64,000 bases of DNA, from the NCBI RefSeq assembly GCF_009914755.1, contig NC_060926.1; one strand, 5' to 3'. The position numbers were made by a program, and so were the translations under genes. The stretch comes from the human T2T-CHM13v2.0 reference genome, Homo sapiens. Below the pieces are notes generated by a model. The model had not been told where the DNA came from. It ran no database searches and saw only the letters and a list, made by a program, of their open reading frames with translations. Of the stretch, positions 1-12,350 are shown in pieces. How positions within the stretch are numbered: the first letter of the stretch is position 1; each line of letters opens with the position of its first letter.

Positions 1-70
1 TGGTGCCACTGCACTCCAGCCTGGGCAACAAGAGCGAGACACCATCTCAAAAAACAAACAAAAGCAAAAC
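1..70 (+). mobile_element. Alu 3' end, cut by the window edge
   Basis: gccactgcactccagcctgggcaacaagagcgagac plus A-rich tail. Confidence 0.9.
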
Positions 71-657
71 CTATAAGGAGACATTAACAAGTTACACTAG
101 TTTCACTTAAGTGAATGATGAAATATGTTAGGAGCCAAATTTGGCTGGCTCTCTACTTGTGGCTGATTTGTGGAAATTTTTTAGTTTACCATGGAGATGG
201 TAAGGGCTCTGCTAACAATTACTGCTGGTAATTCAACTCCTTAATTTTGCATTAGATTGTTAGCATCTAAGCATCACATAAACCCCTGCCCTACACTGAC
301 TCTGATATTGTCAACCGCAACTCCGGCAGCACCAGGGGAACCCCTAAGACAGAGGTGAGACGTTCAGCAATCAAAGAGTCTCCCAAAGTGGAATGAGGGT
401 GACTCATCAGCTCTTAGTGGAGTTGGAACACATCTTTGCTGTTTCCATGAAGTCAACTTCTTGTGTAAATCCTTTATTTCCCTTCCTGAGGAGCTGAACC
501 CTTTAAGGGCTCAAGCTCTATCTTCTAGGAAGCTGCTCCGAAAATTCTGGCATCTTGCCTTTCTTTACTTCTTGATTTTCTACCTTCCTCCCAAAATGGA
601 TTACCTAATTTAGTAGTAACACACACAGATTTATGCGCTTGACACTATTTCACATTA

Positions 658-3061
658 CAGGCATACCTTGGCTTTAATGCACTTTACAGATGTTGCGTTA
701 TTTACAAATTGAAGGTTTATGGTAACCCTGCCTTGGGCAAGTCTATCAATGCCATTTTTCCAACAATATGTGCTTACTTTGTGTCTCTGTGTCACATTTT
801 GGTAATTCCTGGAATATTTCAACCTTTTTCATTATTGTTATATCTGTTACGGTGATCTGTGACCAGTGATCTTTGATGTTACTATTGTAATTGGGGGATG
901 CTATGAACCATACACATGGAAGATGGCAAACTTGAGAAACGTGTTCTGACTGCGATGCTGACTAGTAATTCTCCTGTCTTCCTCTACTCAGGCCTCCCTA
1001 TTCTGAGACACAACAATATTGAAATTAGGCCAATTAAAAACCCTATTATAGCCTCTAAGTGTTCAAGTGAAAGAGTCATACATCTCTCATTTAAATCAGA
1101 AGCGAGAAATGAAATGATTAAGCTTAGCTTAGTGAGGAAGGCATGTCAAAAGCCGAGATACGCTGAAAGCTAGGCTTCTTGCGTGGAACAGCCAGTTGTG
1201 AATGCAAAGGAAAAGTCCTTGAAGGAAATTAAAAAGGTGCTACTTCACTGAACACACAAATGATAAGAAACTGACACAGCCTTACTAGTGACATGGAGAA
1301 AGTTTTATTGGTCCGGATAGAAGATCAAACCAGCCACAACATTCCCTTAAAAGCCAAAGCCTAATCCAGTGCAAGGCCCTAATACTAGCAGAGGCTGGTT
1401 CATGAGGTTTAAGGAAAGAAGCCATCTCCATGACACGAAAGTCCAAGGTGAAGCAGCAAATGCTGATGCAGAAGCTACGGCAGGTTATCCAGAAAATCTA
1501 GCTAAGACCACTGATGAAGGCGGCTACACTAAACAACAGATACTCCATGTAGATAAAACAGTCTTATATTAGAAGATGTCATCAAAGATTTCATAGCTAG
1601 AGAGGAAAAGCTAATGCCTAGCTTCAAAGGACAGGCTGACTCTATTTTCAATGGCTAATGCAGCTGGTGACTTTATGTTGATGCCAATGCTCACTTACCA
1701 TTCCCAAATCCTAGGGCCCTTAAGAATTACGCTAAATTTATTCTGCCTGTGTTCTATAAATGGAACAACAAAGCCTAGAGGACAGCATGGATGTTTATAC
1801 ATGGTTCACTGAGTATTTAAAGCCTGCTGTAGAGACCTACTGCTCAGGAAAAAAAAGATTCCTTTCAAAATATTACTGCTCAGTGATAATGCACCTGGTC
1901 ACCCAAGAGCTCTGAAGGAGATATACAGGGAGATTAATGTTGTTCTCAGGTGCCCTAATAAAACATCCATTCTGCAGCCCATAGATCAAGGAGTAATCTT
2001 GACTTTCAAGTCTTAACACATTTTGGGCTCACTTCGGCAACACATATACTGAAATTGGAATGATACAGAGAAGATTAGCATGGCCCCTGCACAAAGATGA
2101 CACGCAAATGTGTAAAGCGTTCCATGTTTTAAACATAAAATTAAAAAAAAAAAACATGTTTCATAAGGCTATAGCTGACACAGACAGTGATTCTTCTGAT
2201 GGATCTGGGCAAAGTAAACTGAAAACCTTCTGGGAAGGGTTCACCATTTCTAGATGCCATTAAGAACATCTGTAATTGATAGGAGGTCAAATTATCAACA
2301 TTAACAGGAGTTTGGGAGAAGCTGATTTCAACCCTCATGGATGAACCCCTTGAGGGTCTCAAGATTTCTGTGGAGGAAATCACTGCAGATGTGGAAATAG
2401 CAAGACAACTAGAAGGAGAAGTGGAGCGTGAAGACGTGACTGAATTGCTACAATCTCATGATCAGACTTAACATGATGAGAAGCTGTTTCCTATGGATGA
2501 CCAAAGAAAGTGGTTTCTTGAGAAGGAATCTACTCTTGGTAAAGATGCTGTGAACACTGTTGAGATGACAACAAAGGATTCAGAATATGACATAAATTTA
2601 GTTAATAAAGCAGTGGTATGGTTTGAGAAGATTGATTCCAATTTTGAAAAGACATTCAATTGCAGATAAAATGCTAACAAACAACATCGCATACTACAGA
2701 GAACTCTTTCGTGAAAGGAAAAGTCAGCTGATGTGGCAAACTTTATTGTTGTCTTAAGACATCTCAACCTTTAGCAATCATCACCCTGATCATTCAGCAG
2801 CCATCAACATTGAGCCAAGACCTTCTACCAGCAAGATTATGACTCACTGAAGGCACAGATGATCGTTAACTATTTTTAGCAATATCTTAAAATTAAGGTA
2901 TGTACTTTTTAAAAACATAATGCTATTGCACACTTAATACACTACACTATGGTGTAAACATAACTTTTATATGCACTGGGAAACCAAAAAATTCATGTAA
3001 CTTTGTTCATTATATTTGCTTTATTGTGGTGGTCTGGAACCATATCTTCCAGGTATGCCTG
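658..3061 (+). mobile_element. Tigger1 (TcMar-Tigger/pogo) DNA transposon, near full length, with decayed transposase
   Basis: TIRs caggcatacct (658-668) / aggtatgcctg (3051-3061); TA at 656-657; CENP-B/DDE-type remnants ASKCSSER and [15 protein letters not shown]...[10 protein letters not shown] (ORF 1369..1572); start codon decayed to ATA at 1048-1050; many stops and frameshifts. Confidence 0.93.
2025..2130 (+). pseudogene. U6 snRNA retro-pseudogene, full length, with A-rich tail to about 2154
   Basis: gggctcacttcggcaacacatatact...tacagagaagattagcatggcccctg...aagcgttccatgtttt is colinear with U6, including the ACAGAGA box; flanked by Tigger1 sequence rather than a PSE/TATA promoter. Confidence 0.95.
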
Positions 3062-3862
3062 TGTTTAGTTACTGGAAATTTGATAAATTTTATGACTATT
3101 AGCTCTATTTTGAAATAATACAGAATGTTCTCCCTGTAAGGACGGAAAAAGAGAACTGACTTACTAATTCTGATTCTTGAGTCTGTTGTCCTCCCATAGA
3201 TAAAATCAATGAAGCAATTCTTTATTTACCCCATGCCTCCAGTGAGCAAATCAGTGGGCCACAGATGGAGAGGTGATCATGATTGAGAAATGCTAACATT
3301 TATTTTGATGACTGAGGAAACTTTAGACAATTTCCTTTCATATGTGATTGTCTGGCAATCAGGGAACAAACTGGTTAAAAGACCAGAATTTGAACTGGGA
3401 CGTAAAAACCTTGGGCTACTTTTTAATCAAGGGTCTGTCATTTCAAAGGAGTAGCAGGCAAGCAGAGAGGGTACTGAAGGAGCAAGAAGGCCAGTTAAGT
3501 GAGTCTCAAATGTGTACTTGTTTCAGGTGGCAGGCCCTTGGGGAGACTGAACTGGTTTCTGATATATAAGTCCAAGAGGATTTCCAGGTCTTCCCAGGAG
3601 CCTGGGATTCTACTCAATATACCCGGACTGCTCGGAAGATGTTCAGTGATACTTTTTAATGTTAAAGTTATATGCATAATTTCATATTTTTCTTAATAGT
3701 TTAAAAACATATTCCAGAACTGAGTTATTTATATCATAATTATCTGATATTTAGGATTACTGCCTTTGAGCTGAAGACTAAGACTTAGTTCACTATACTA
3801 CAAGTCATTTACATGATATAGTCACTTAAATAATAAAGCCATTTAAATAAATAATATAGTCA

Positions 3863-3964
<102 letters not shown>

Positions 3965-5536
3965 CTAGGAAATTACATAAAGGTAATATTATGAAAACCG
4001 CAAATTAACAGTGAATTAGAACACTGACAAATCAACACTATATTAAAAATTTTCACAATAATTATAACAGAACTACCTATTAAATTTAATGCACTATTGT
4101 CCCTTGTATATTAGCATTTGATATTGACTCAATAATCTACAGCTAAAAGAAACCAGCATTTTTCCACAGGTTAATGCAATTCCACTTACATTTCTATGAA
4201 TATTTTTCTAGAATATGATAAACACATTGCTTCTTTTGTCAAGTGGTGACCATACCAAGAAGTTATGAGATCCCAAGGGTAGAGAGATAACAACCCTATC
4301 TTTAGGTGCCACAACTGGTTGATGAAATTGTAAAGAATTCAGTTAAAACATTCTGAAGTGTTACACACTTGACATACAAAAAAGAGCATTTCCAGAATCT
4401 CACTGAAATTTTTACTTATTTCTTCCAGGAATATGCAGACTCGGCTATGGCTTTATTTCCTGTAGCGAGTGAATACAGAACTGCTATGCCGTAATGAATA
4501 TCTGCTGAGTATTTCCCGCCCTACTCCAACGTTACTGGATAAACCCATGATGGATATATAAACATCTATGCCCTCTTCCCATCTCACCAAGAGGAGCAAA
4601 ATCTGGCTTAACTATTCTACTGTCAAGCAATGGAACACTGTTAACAGGCATCTTAAAAATCCTAACTCCTTTCTATAGCATGTTTATTCAGTCAATCCAC
4701 ACCTGGACCTGCATCCTCCCAGGGCTTCTTCTATTTTAAACTGTCCTGGGTGGGATGTTCTAAGCAGACATATTGCCGTGCATTTCCCGTCCCATCTCCT
4801 GGACAAGGCAACAGGGACTTGGCACAGTCCCACAGGTGGACTGACAAGTGCTTTTCAGATTCCTTATACTTTTTAATCACACGTATAAAAACACAGCCTC
4901 TCTGAAAGGAAAGAAGGGGCAATTAAATATTTTCTAAAAGTTGTTGGTAGTAAATAAATACATGAGTCACAGATGCAATGAAGCAAATTTTTTAAAAGTG
5001 TAGGTATATCTAGGGGAAGGGTGTAGAAATTCAGGAAAACGTAGACCTCCCAAACTGGACACAGCCTAAATGTTTCAAATAAAACAAGCATCACAGTTGG
5101 CATGTGGTTTGAAACTTCATAAAGAACCCAAATAAACTAAGAATGTAGTTTCTCGTATACAAGAGGTAAAATCCGATCTAAGAGAAATTTAATTTTATAC
5201 TTACAGTTAAACATCAAAGTAGAATGTGATATACCTACTATGTACCCACAGAAATTTTTTTTTAAAAAATTTTTTCAAAAGGACTTGGTTCTATTACATA
5301 CCCACCCACCCCTTTTACAGTGTAAATAAAGTAACTGCACAAATTAGAATTAATTTGTGGCTCCATATCAATTTGAAAGCCAAGTGGCTCATTTACCTGA
5401 TGGTTTATACCTGATAAATGCTCAAAAGTAGCCACGTGCTAGGAGACACTCTGGAGTGTACATTTTCCTTGGTAGTGCTTCTGCATTGTTAAATGTCCCA
5501 AGGTGACCGAAGCAACATAATTTTAATCTTCCATTT

Positions 5537-5705
5537 CTTTCTTTCTTTCTTTCTTTCTTTTTTTTTTTTTTTTTTTTTGTAAAGACCAGGTTTCGCCATG
5601 CTGGCCAGGCTGGTCTCAAACTCTGAAACTCCTGACCTCAAGTGATCCACCCGCCTCGGCCTCCCAAAGTGCTGGGATTACAGGTGTGAGCCACCATGCC
5701 CAGCC
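5537..5705 (-). mobile_element. Alu left-arm monomer (FLAM-like) with its own tail
   Basis: left arm only; poly(T)/(TTTC)n tail; TSD taatcttccattt 5524-5536 / taatcttgcattt 5706-5718. Confidence 0.85.
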
Positions 5706-5968
5706 TAATCTTGCATTTTTTAAGGGCCTTTTCTTGGGGCTCTCAATGCATACCTGTGTAAGTGGAAAATTCCTGCGTGAACTTGTTTTACATTTCCAGT
5801 ACAGCTAACAGACGACAAAACTGACTCTAAGTAGAGACAAGCAAAGTCTTGAATCTCTATAGTATTCTCAAATAAGGTCCTGAAACAACAGGCTTTTATG
5901 TTAAATTCAATACTTCTGAGCAAGGCACGTACAGTATCATTGATTTGTAAGCAGGTAAAGCACAGTAC

Positions 5969-6043
5969 CTTTCCTTGTTTCCTAGAATTCCTAAGGAGGA
6001 ACAACAACAAAATCGGGGTTTGTTCAGCAATTGCACCACATCT
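5969..6043 (-). CDS. LRPPRC: LRPPRC exon ~35 (RCGAIAEQTPILLLFLLRNSRKQGK)
   Basis: ttag|AGA TGT...AAG|gtactg; 75 nt. Confidence 0.96.
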
Positions 6044-7809
6044 CTAAAAATTAAAACATTATTCAGTAAGTGAAGGTTTCTGATAAACAAGTGGATCAAA
6101 CTGAATATTTCCAATTAAGAAAGTTCACAATAATACAGTAGTGTATTATTACCAATAGGAAGGCCTAATAGTCGACTATTATTTTTTAAGGCAAGAAAAA
6201 AGAAAACAAGTGCAAGCTATGCCAAGCTTTGGTGAATGCTGTCCTTGGCATTGCAAGTATAAAGTTTGTTTAAAAAGAAAAGGGAAAAATTAAACTAATG
6301 CTTCAACAACCACAGAATAAGGTTTAGGACTGCAAAGAAAGAGGAAAAAAAGAAACATTATTCCTCTCCAATTATACTGCCAAGCATTCACAAGTGAGCT
6401 AGGGATCATAAGGTTAATTATACATTTAATAAGGTGTCAGGGAGATAACTGCTCATTTCTTTATAAAAATTAAAATGTACAAAGCAAGTTCTCTTTAAAG
6501 TATAATTACCTACACTTATGCATACAAAAGGACTGATTTCAATCTCTCTATTTTATAAAAGGCTTTCACTGCAACAGACAGCCAGCGCTTGAGAAAGAGA
6601 CCAAAGTTAAACTAAAAAAAAAAGTTTACATGACAGACCAGATAAATCAAATGTCTATCCAATCTTAGATGCTATAGTAAAATCAAATATGGCAAGACAA
6701 TATTTTAGTTTACACTCATCACAGATGTCATTCTTTTAAGTTTCTAAAAGAACACTGCTCTTTCAAAGCTTTAAAACACTGTCAATACTAAAACGAATGG
6801 TATAAAAAGAACTTTTTGGGGCCACACAGAACATTTACATTACGCACTGATGTTTTTGACATCTGTGAATAAAGTATTCTTCGCTACGGCAAGAATAATC
6901 TTTTACTGTTTGACAAGCAGGTAAAGGATGGGTGAAGGGTTTATCATCTGAAACCCCAGTCTAGTGATGAGATGGTAAATGAAAAGACTCTGCTGTTGCA
7001 TCAACACTCAGCTACCACCAAGAGCCCTTCAGTGAGGTCACTGCAGATAACGCAGTTCTTTCTGAGGGAGCAGGCGCCATCCCTGCTGCCACCCACCCAG
7101 GCGGCTGTCAATTGTGCTCTTCCAGAAAAACCTTGATTATGGCAGAGAACAAGCTAGTAGATGAAGTACCAAGTGCCACTTTCTAAAGAACTATCAAAAG
7201 GATGTGTTAAAACTGATTGCATACCATCATGTGTATAATTAGATATGTATATGCTTATTATACCCCTAGTAGGTACTTAGACATGTACATATGAAGATAA
7301 AGCATGAGTATCTTCCTTCTTTTTTTTTTCACCACGTAAGATAGCAAGATAAAACAATTTTAAAAGTCCTGAAATCCCTATCATAAACTGCCTTTTCCTT
7401 AAAATTAAAAAAAAAAAAAAAAACAAAGGAAAAAAAGTAAACAAGCAAAGCAAAACAAGAAAATTCCCAGTGAACCGGAATTTCCCTTCTCCAGCAACAA
7501 AAGTAAGAGTCTGAGAAGCAGTGCTAATTCACCCTTTATAAAACTGTTAACAGAGATACAGTTTTTCAGGTATTCCTTTTAAAAATGGATTGGATTCTAC
7601 TGTCAAACTAGATGAACTTGAAGAATAAAAACTGGAGGTCAAGCACATGGGTAGTTTTACCTTCCCTATCTACTACTTAAGATCTTTCACAGCTGGTAAA
7701 AATGTAAGGGAATATAATACTATTTACGATCAGAAATTGGTCCCACGCCTCAATTTGACACAGGGAGTCTACACAAACACAGCCGTTGGCGGGATCACGG
7801 TGACTGTTT

Positions 7810-7828
7810 GACTGCCACCTGCTGGGAA
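7810..7828 (-). promoter_or_regulatory. Candidate CTCF site
   Basis: minus strand TTCCCAGCAGGTGGCAGTC fits the CCASYAGRKGGCRS core; motif only, no binding data. Confidence 0.45.
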
Positions 7829-8553
7829 GGGGCTCCCCGGCGGTGCCTGTTTGTGTACATTGCCAGTGGCAGCTAGGATCACCCACTGTTCTGTCGGCAC
7901 TTGGCATAGCTTTATATTTAGTGCTGTTAAAATGGCATGAATGCAGTTGTCTCCTTCCCTGAAGGTTGCTAATTTAACTGAGAGTGCGGGCCACAGAGAC
8001 CTGCATTTGTCATTTAATGTGTCTGTGACACACAAGTGAATAGAAAGCATATTCAACTCTTAATAAACCTTGAATAAGGCACTGAGAATGTTTGAGTATT
8101 CAAGTGAGAAGCTGTACTTGAAAAGCAAACATTTCCTACTTTTTGTTTGCAAACTGTGTTGCCATGGTGACGCACAGTATCTAGCGCATTTGAGAAATTA
8201 AAGTAGAAAATCAAAGGAATTGTTGTTTTGCATTATCTATCTGCACAGAAAGATTTGTCTTTAATCATTTCAGCGAAACTCGCTGCCCCATACCTACCCC
8301 CGCACCACCCGCCGCTCCCCGCTACCTCAATTCTAAAGACATTTCTAGTTTGATCTGGCATCTTTAAAACCAGTAACCTAAAATCTACCATCCAGTCCTT
8401 GTCCTGCAACCGTGATTCACACTGAATGTAAACAAGCTAGCTGCACACCACACTGAATTTCTAGTATTCCACCACACGCCTATGTCTAGTAATTTCTCAA
8501 TTTACTTCTTGCAAGCCTCGAGCCCCACTGCTCCATGAGTGGAGGGTCATTAC

Positions 8554-8669
8554 CTGTAGGAGAGCTCTGGCATCATCCACCTTGCCTGCATCCACAAGTT
8601 GAAGGAAAAAATCAGTGACAGGTTTATAAATTGCAAACTGATTGGCCAATCTCTCCGCCATGATGCTTA
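8554..8669 (-). CDS. LRPPRC: LRPPRC exon ~34 ([10 protein letters not shown]...ARALLQ)
   Basis: ccag|TA AGC...CAG|gtaatg; 116 nt; within ORF 8497..8751. Confidence 0.97.
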
Positions 8670-8753
8670 CTGGAAAAATGACAGGTAAGAAAAATCTTTC
8701 ATTAGAACAGTGGTATAACTCACCTACCAAAGAAATTTGGTCTAGTCTCACTA

Positions 8754-8963
<210 letters not shown>

Positions 8964-10653
8964 TTAAAAATTTGCTTTTATGTTAATATTACAGGCAGTT
9001 TAGTCTAAGAACTTACTTTTATATCCACTCATGCTAATACTTTAGGAAAAAAATGAAATACATTTACACTTAACCAAATAAACACTAGGCAACTGAAACC
9101 CTGAATCACATTTAAGTAGCAAAAACATTCACTAGCTGGTTCGTGCTGCAGTGGTTGTTTATTTTGCTTCACAGCAGTTCAAATAGTTGCTTGTTTTAAC
9201 AATGCTCTACAGACAAGATCAAACAACTATATACAGGAGAATTAATGAAGATAACTTTTAAAATTCTGTATCTTAAATATTTAACTTAATTTTTGCCACT
9301 CTTTGGATATAAAATGAAAACTTGTATAAATGCTACAATTTTGGCTTTATGATCCACAACTTGTCACTACTGCATAAAAATAGTATTTAACATCTCAGGA
9401 TTCTTAAAGATACTGATGATGTTTCAAAAGGCATATATGCATGTCTCTAACTTATGGTCGCCTCAATTTCTTTTTGTCAGGTATTATACATTTGGAAAAT
9501 ACTCAGTTTATACTAAAAATCTCAGGAAAAAGTATCTTCACACTTTACATTGAAAAAAATCAGTTACATGGTCTTATTTAGCAAGTTATGGTAAAAATTA
9601 TCTCTATGACTATCTTTTTGGTTAAGGTAATCTATAATGGATACTTTACTGTTACCATATGGCATACTAAATCCAATCAGTCAATATTGTGTTGAAATTA
9701 TTATATTAAACATAATTCTCTAACTAAAAATGAATACTGTTACAATATATTTCTCTTACAAGTTTTAAGGAATTACTTAATAGTGAATATGTTCTCCGAA
9801 TCATATAAAACTGTGTTTATGTGGTAAAACTTTAAAATTCACCCAGTTCTTAGATGAGTAATTTCTTCAATCTTCTAATGTAAAACAATCACATTTTCTT
9901 ATTAAAGGGAAGTTCTATCTGGCGAAATAGTTTGAAAAGGTCAAAACAAAACACAACTGTTTCTCAAACAAACAAAAAAAAACCCCTACAAAAACAAACA
10001 TTATATTTTAATATCATGTCCCATTAAATGTATGCAAGATTACTAAAGAACATTTTTTCTAAAAGCATACTGAAAGTATCAAATTCCATAAAGTACTTTG
10101 CTAGGGAGCTTATTAAAAATCAAGTCCTTATTTATTTCTACAGGGGTAATTCTCAAAAGGAATCTAGAGACAGTGGTAAGAAAATCAGCTCTAAATACCT
10201 CCCTTTTTGTGGGGGTGGGAGAGTGTTCACGGGGTGGGTAAGGAATATGAATACGGAAATGCACATTTTTAATAAGCTTGCGGGGCCTTCTGCTTCACAA
10301 TATTCTACTAGTGTCCCTATCAAATATTACTGACAAACAAATGAGATCATTTTTCACTTCTGAACAAAGTGTTTCGACAACAAGAGGCCTGGCATATATA
10401 CACAGGAATGAGAAAGGTTATCAACTGTGGAGCAAGATTTATGAATTTGGTAAATGCTGTTTATTCTAAGATTTAAGGTAAAGAAAAAACATATTTTTCA
10501 ACATATAATTATTCCCTAATCAGCAACTAGCATCAACATTTCCTCTGCAGTTGATAAGGTTTCCACATGTCTAAAAAAGTTTTTAAAAGGTGGTATCTGA
10601 GGCAATGCCCATTCTAGTGACCAATGAAGGAAAAGAAGGCTTGCAAATACTCA

Positions 10654-10968
<315 letters not shown>

Positions 10969-11445
10969 CTATGAATAATTAATTTTAGATTACAGAAAAT
11001 TATTAATACTTCATGAGATACCCCCAAAAATTATTTACTTGACTATATAAGATATTAGAGGCCCGAGGAATTTCTTCTTTAAGTCACAGAGAAAATACAA
11101 ATGTTACCGACAATATGAGTTCCATTTAGGGATAACATTCAGTGACTAAAGTTGGTAAGTTCAAATGAATACAAATAAGAAAGATTTTCTAGAGTTTCCA
11201 AAAATGTGTGACTTCTATCCATGTTCATACTTGTCCAGATTTTAACTCGAAGATTAAATGATCATCAAAACTTAATATCCCAACAATTCTTTCTCAAAAA
11301 CACTAAAAACATTGATCCTCTAGGATCAATGTTCCAAACTGAAACATTGAACTTTAACACCAACAAATTTATTTTATGATTAGATGCCTTGTGATTATTT
11401 TCCTGCACTAAATTAAAAAATAATGCCTACTGATTTCCACAAATA

Positions 11446-11540
11446 CAGACAGTCCCTGACTTACGATGGGTTTATGGGGTAGTTAATGCATTTTCAACTT
11501 TATCCCGACTTAGCCCCATCGGTAAGTTGAGGAGCATCAG
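11446..11540 (-). mobile_element. About 95-bp Tigger-family MITE (MER47/Tigger5-like)
   Basis: imperfect TIRs cagacagtccctgacttacgatggg / cccatcggtaagttgaggagcatcag; TA on both sides. Confidence 0.75.
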
Positions 11541-12214
11541 TATAATCAATGGAGTTTTGTTTGTATGTTTTTTTGAAGTATCACACTTTCAAGTACTTGA
11601 TTATAAATAACTATGGAATAGCCTTCTAGCTAACTGACTCATAAAACTGTAGCAAAATCATGATATGAAATAAAGTGGTAGACTGAGGAGTAGCCTAACA
11701 ATCACCCCTACCATTATCGAAGAAAACTTAATAGCTTTATAGCAACTAAAGCAATGTAACTTAGACAAAACTAAGACTCTCCAAACAGCTTTCCAACTAA
11801 GAACAGCTTAGTTTTACAGAAAAATGGGGAAAGTGTATTAATTGAAGTGTACTCAAAATACAGTGGAAAGACATGATGAATTTAGTGTTCATTAATGAAT
11901 AAAGAATTTATGATTATTTGAAATCTACAATCTTAAACCACTCATTCTCAAATGAGAAAAAAGAAAAACAGGTTAAAAAGCATAGTCAATAAAAATTTAA
12001 AAATACACATGCACATATAGGAAACAAAAAATGTTTTTATACTATTTAAAAATATTTATAATAAGCTTGATAAAATTTTGCTAATGGGTGGTCATACACA
12101 GATAATTATAATAATAGTCTTATTAACCAAGAATATTGTCAGCTAGGGAGGCTCTTCCCACAGTACATCAAAACAATAATAACAAAAATAAGATTAATGA
12201 TGGTGATGACAGTA

Positions 12215-12350
12215 ACTCAAACTTATTGAGCATTTACTACATGCCAGGCACAGCAGTTTAAACAGCTACTGTCACAACTACCCTTCCGAGACAAGTACCA
12301 ATTTTACAGATGAGACCCCTGGGCACAGAGATTAGTTTGCCCAAGGTAAA
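12215..12350 (-). mobile_element. MIR fragment
   Basis: ttattgagcatttactacatgccaggca...attttacagatgaga...ggcacagaga...ttgcccaaggt. Confidence 0.7.

Noticed and set aside
2025-2130. Functional U6 snRNA gene
   Set aside because: About ten substitutions relative to U6, a poly(A) tail with TSD, and transposon sequence upstream instead of a PSE/TATA promoter.
916-2767. Tigger1-derived ORFs as a domesticated TIGD-like gene
   Set aside because: Start codon lost, multiple stops and frameshifts, and a U6 insertion in the catalytic region.
6719-6868. 12-bp inverted repeat tcacagatgtca / tgacatctgtga, 126 nt apart
   Set aside because: Roughly one such pair is expected by chance in 64 kb at this spacing; no TSD, and no C/D or H/ACA boxes in sensible positions.
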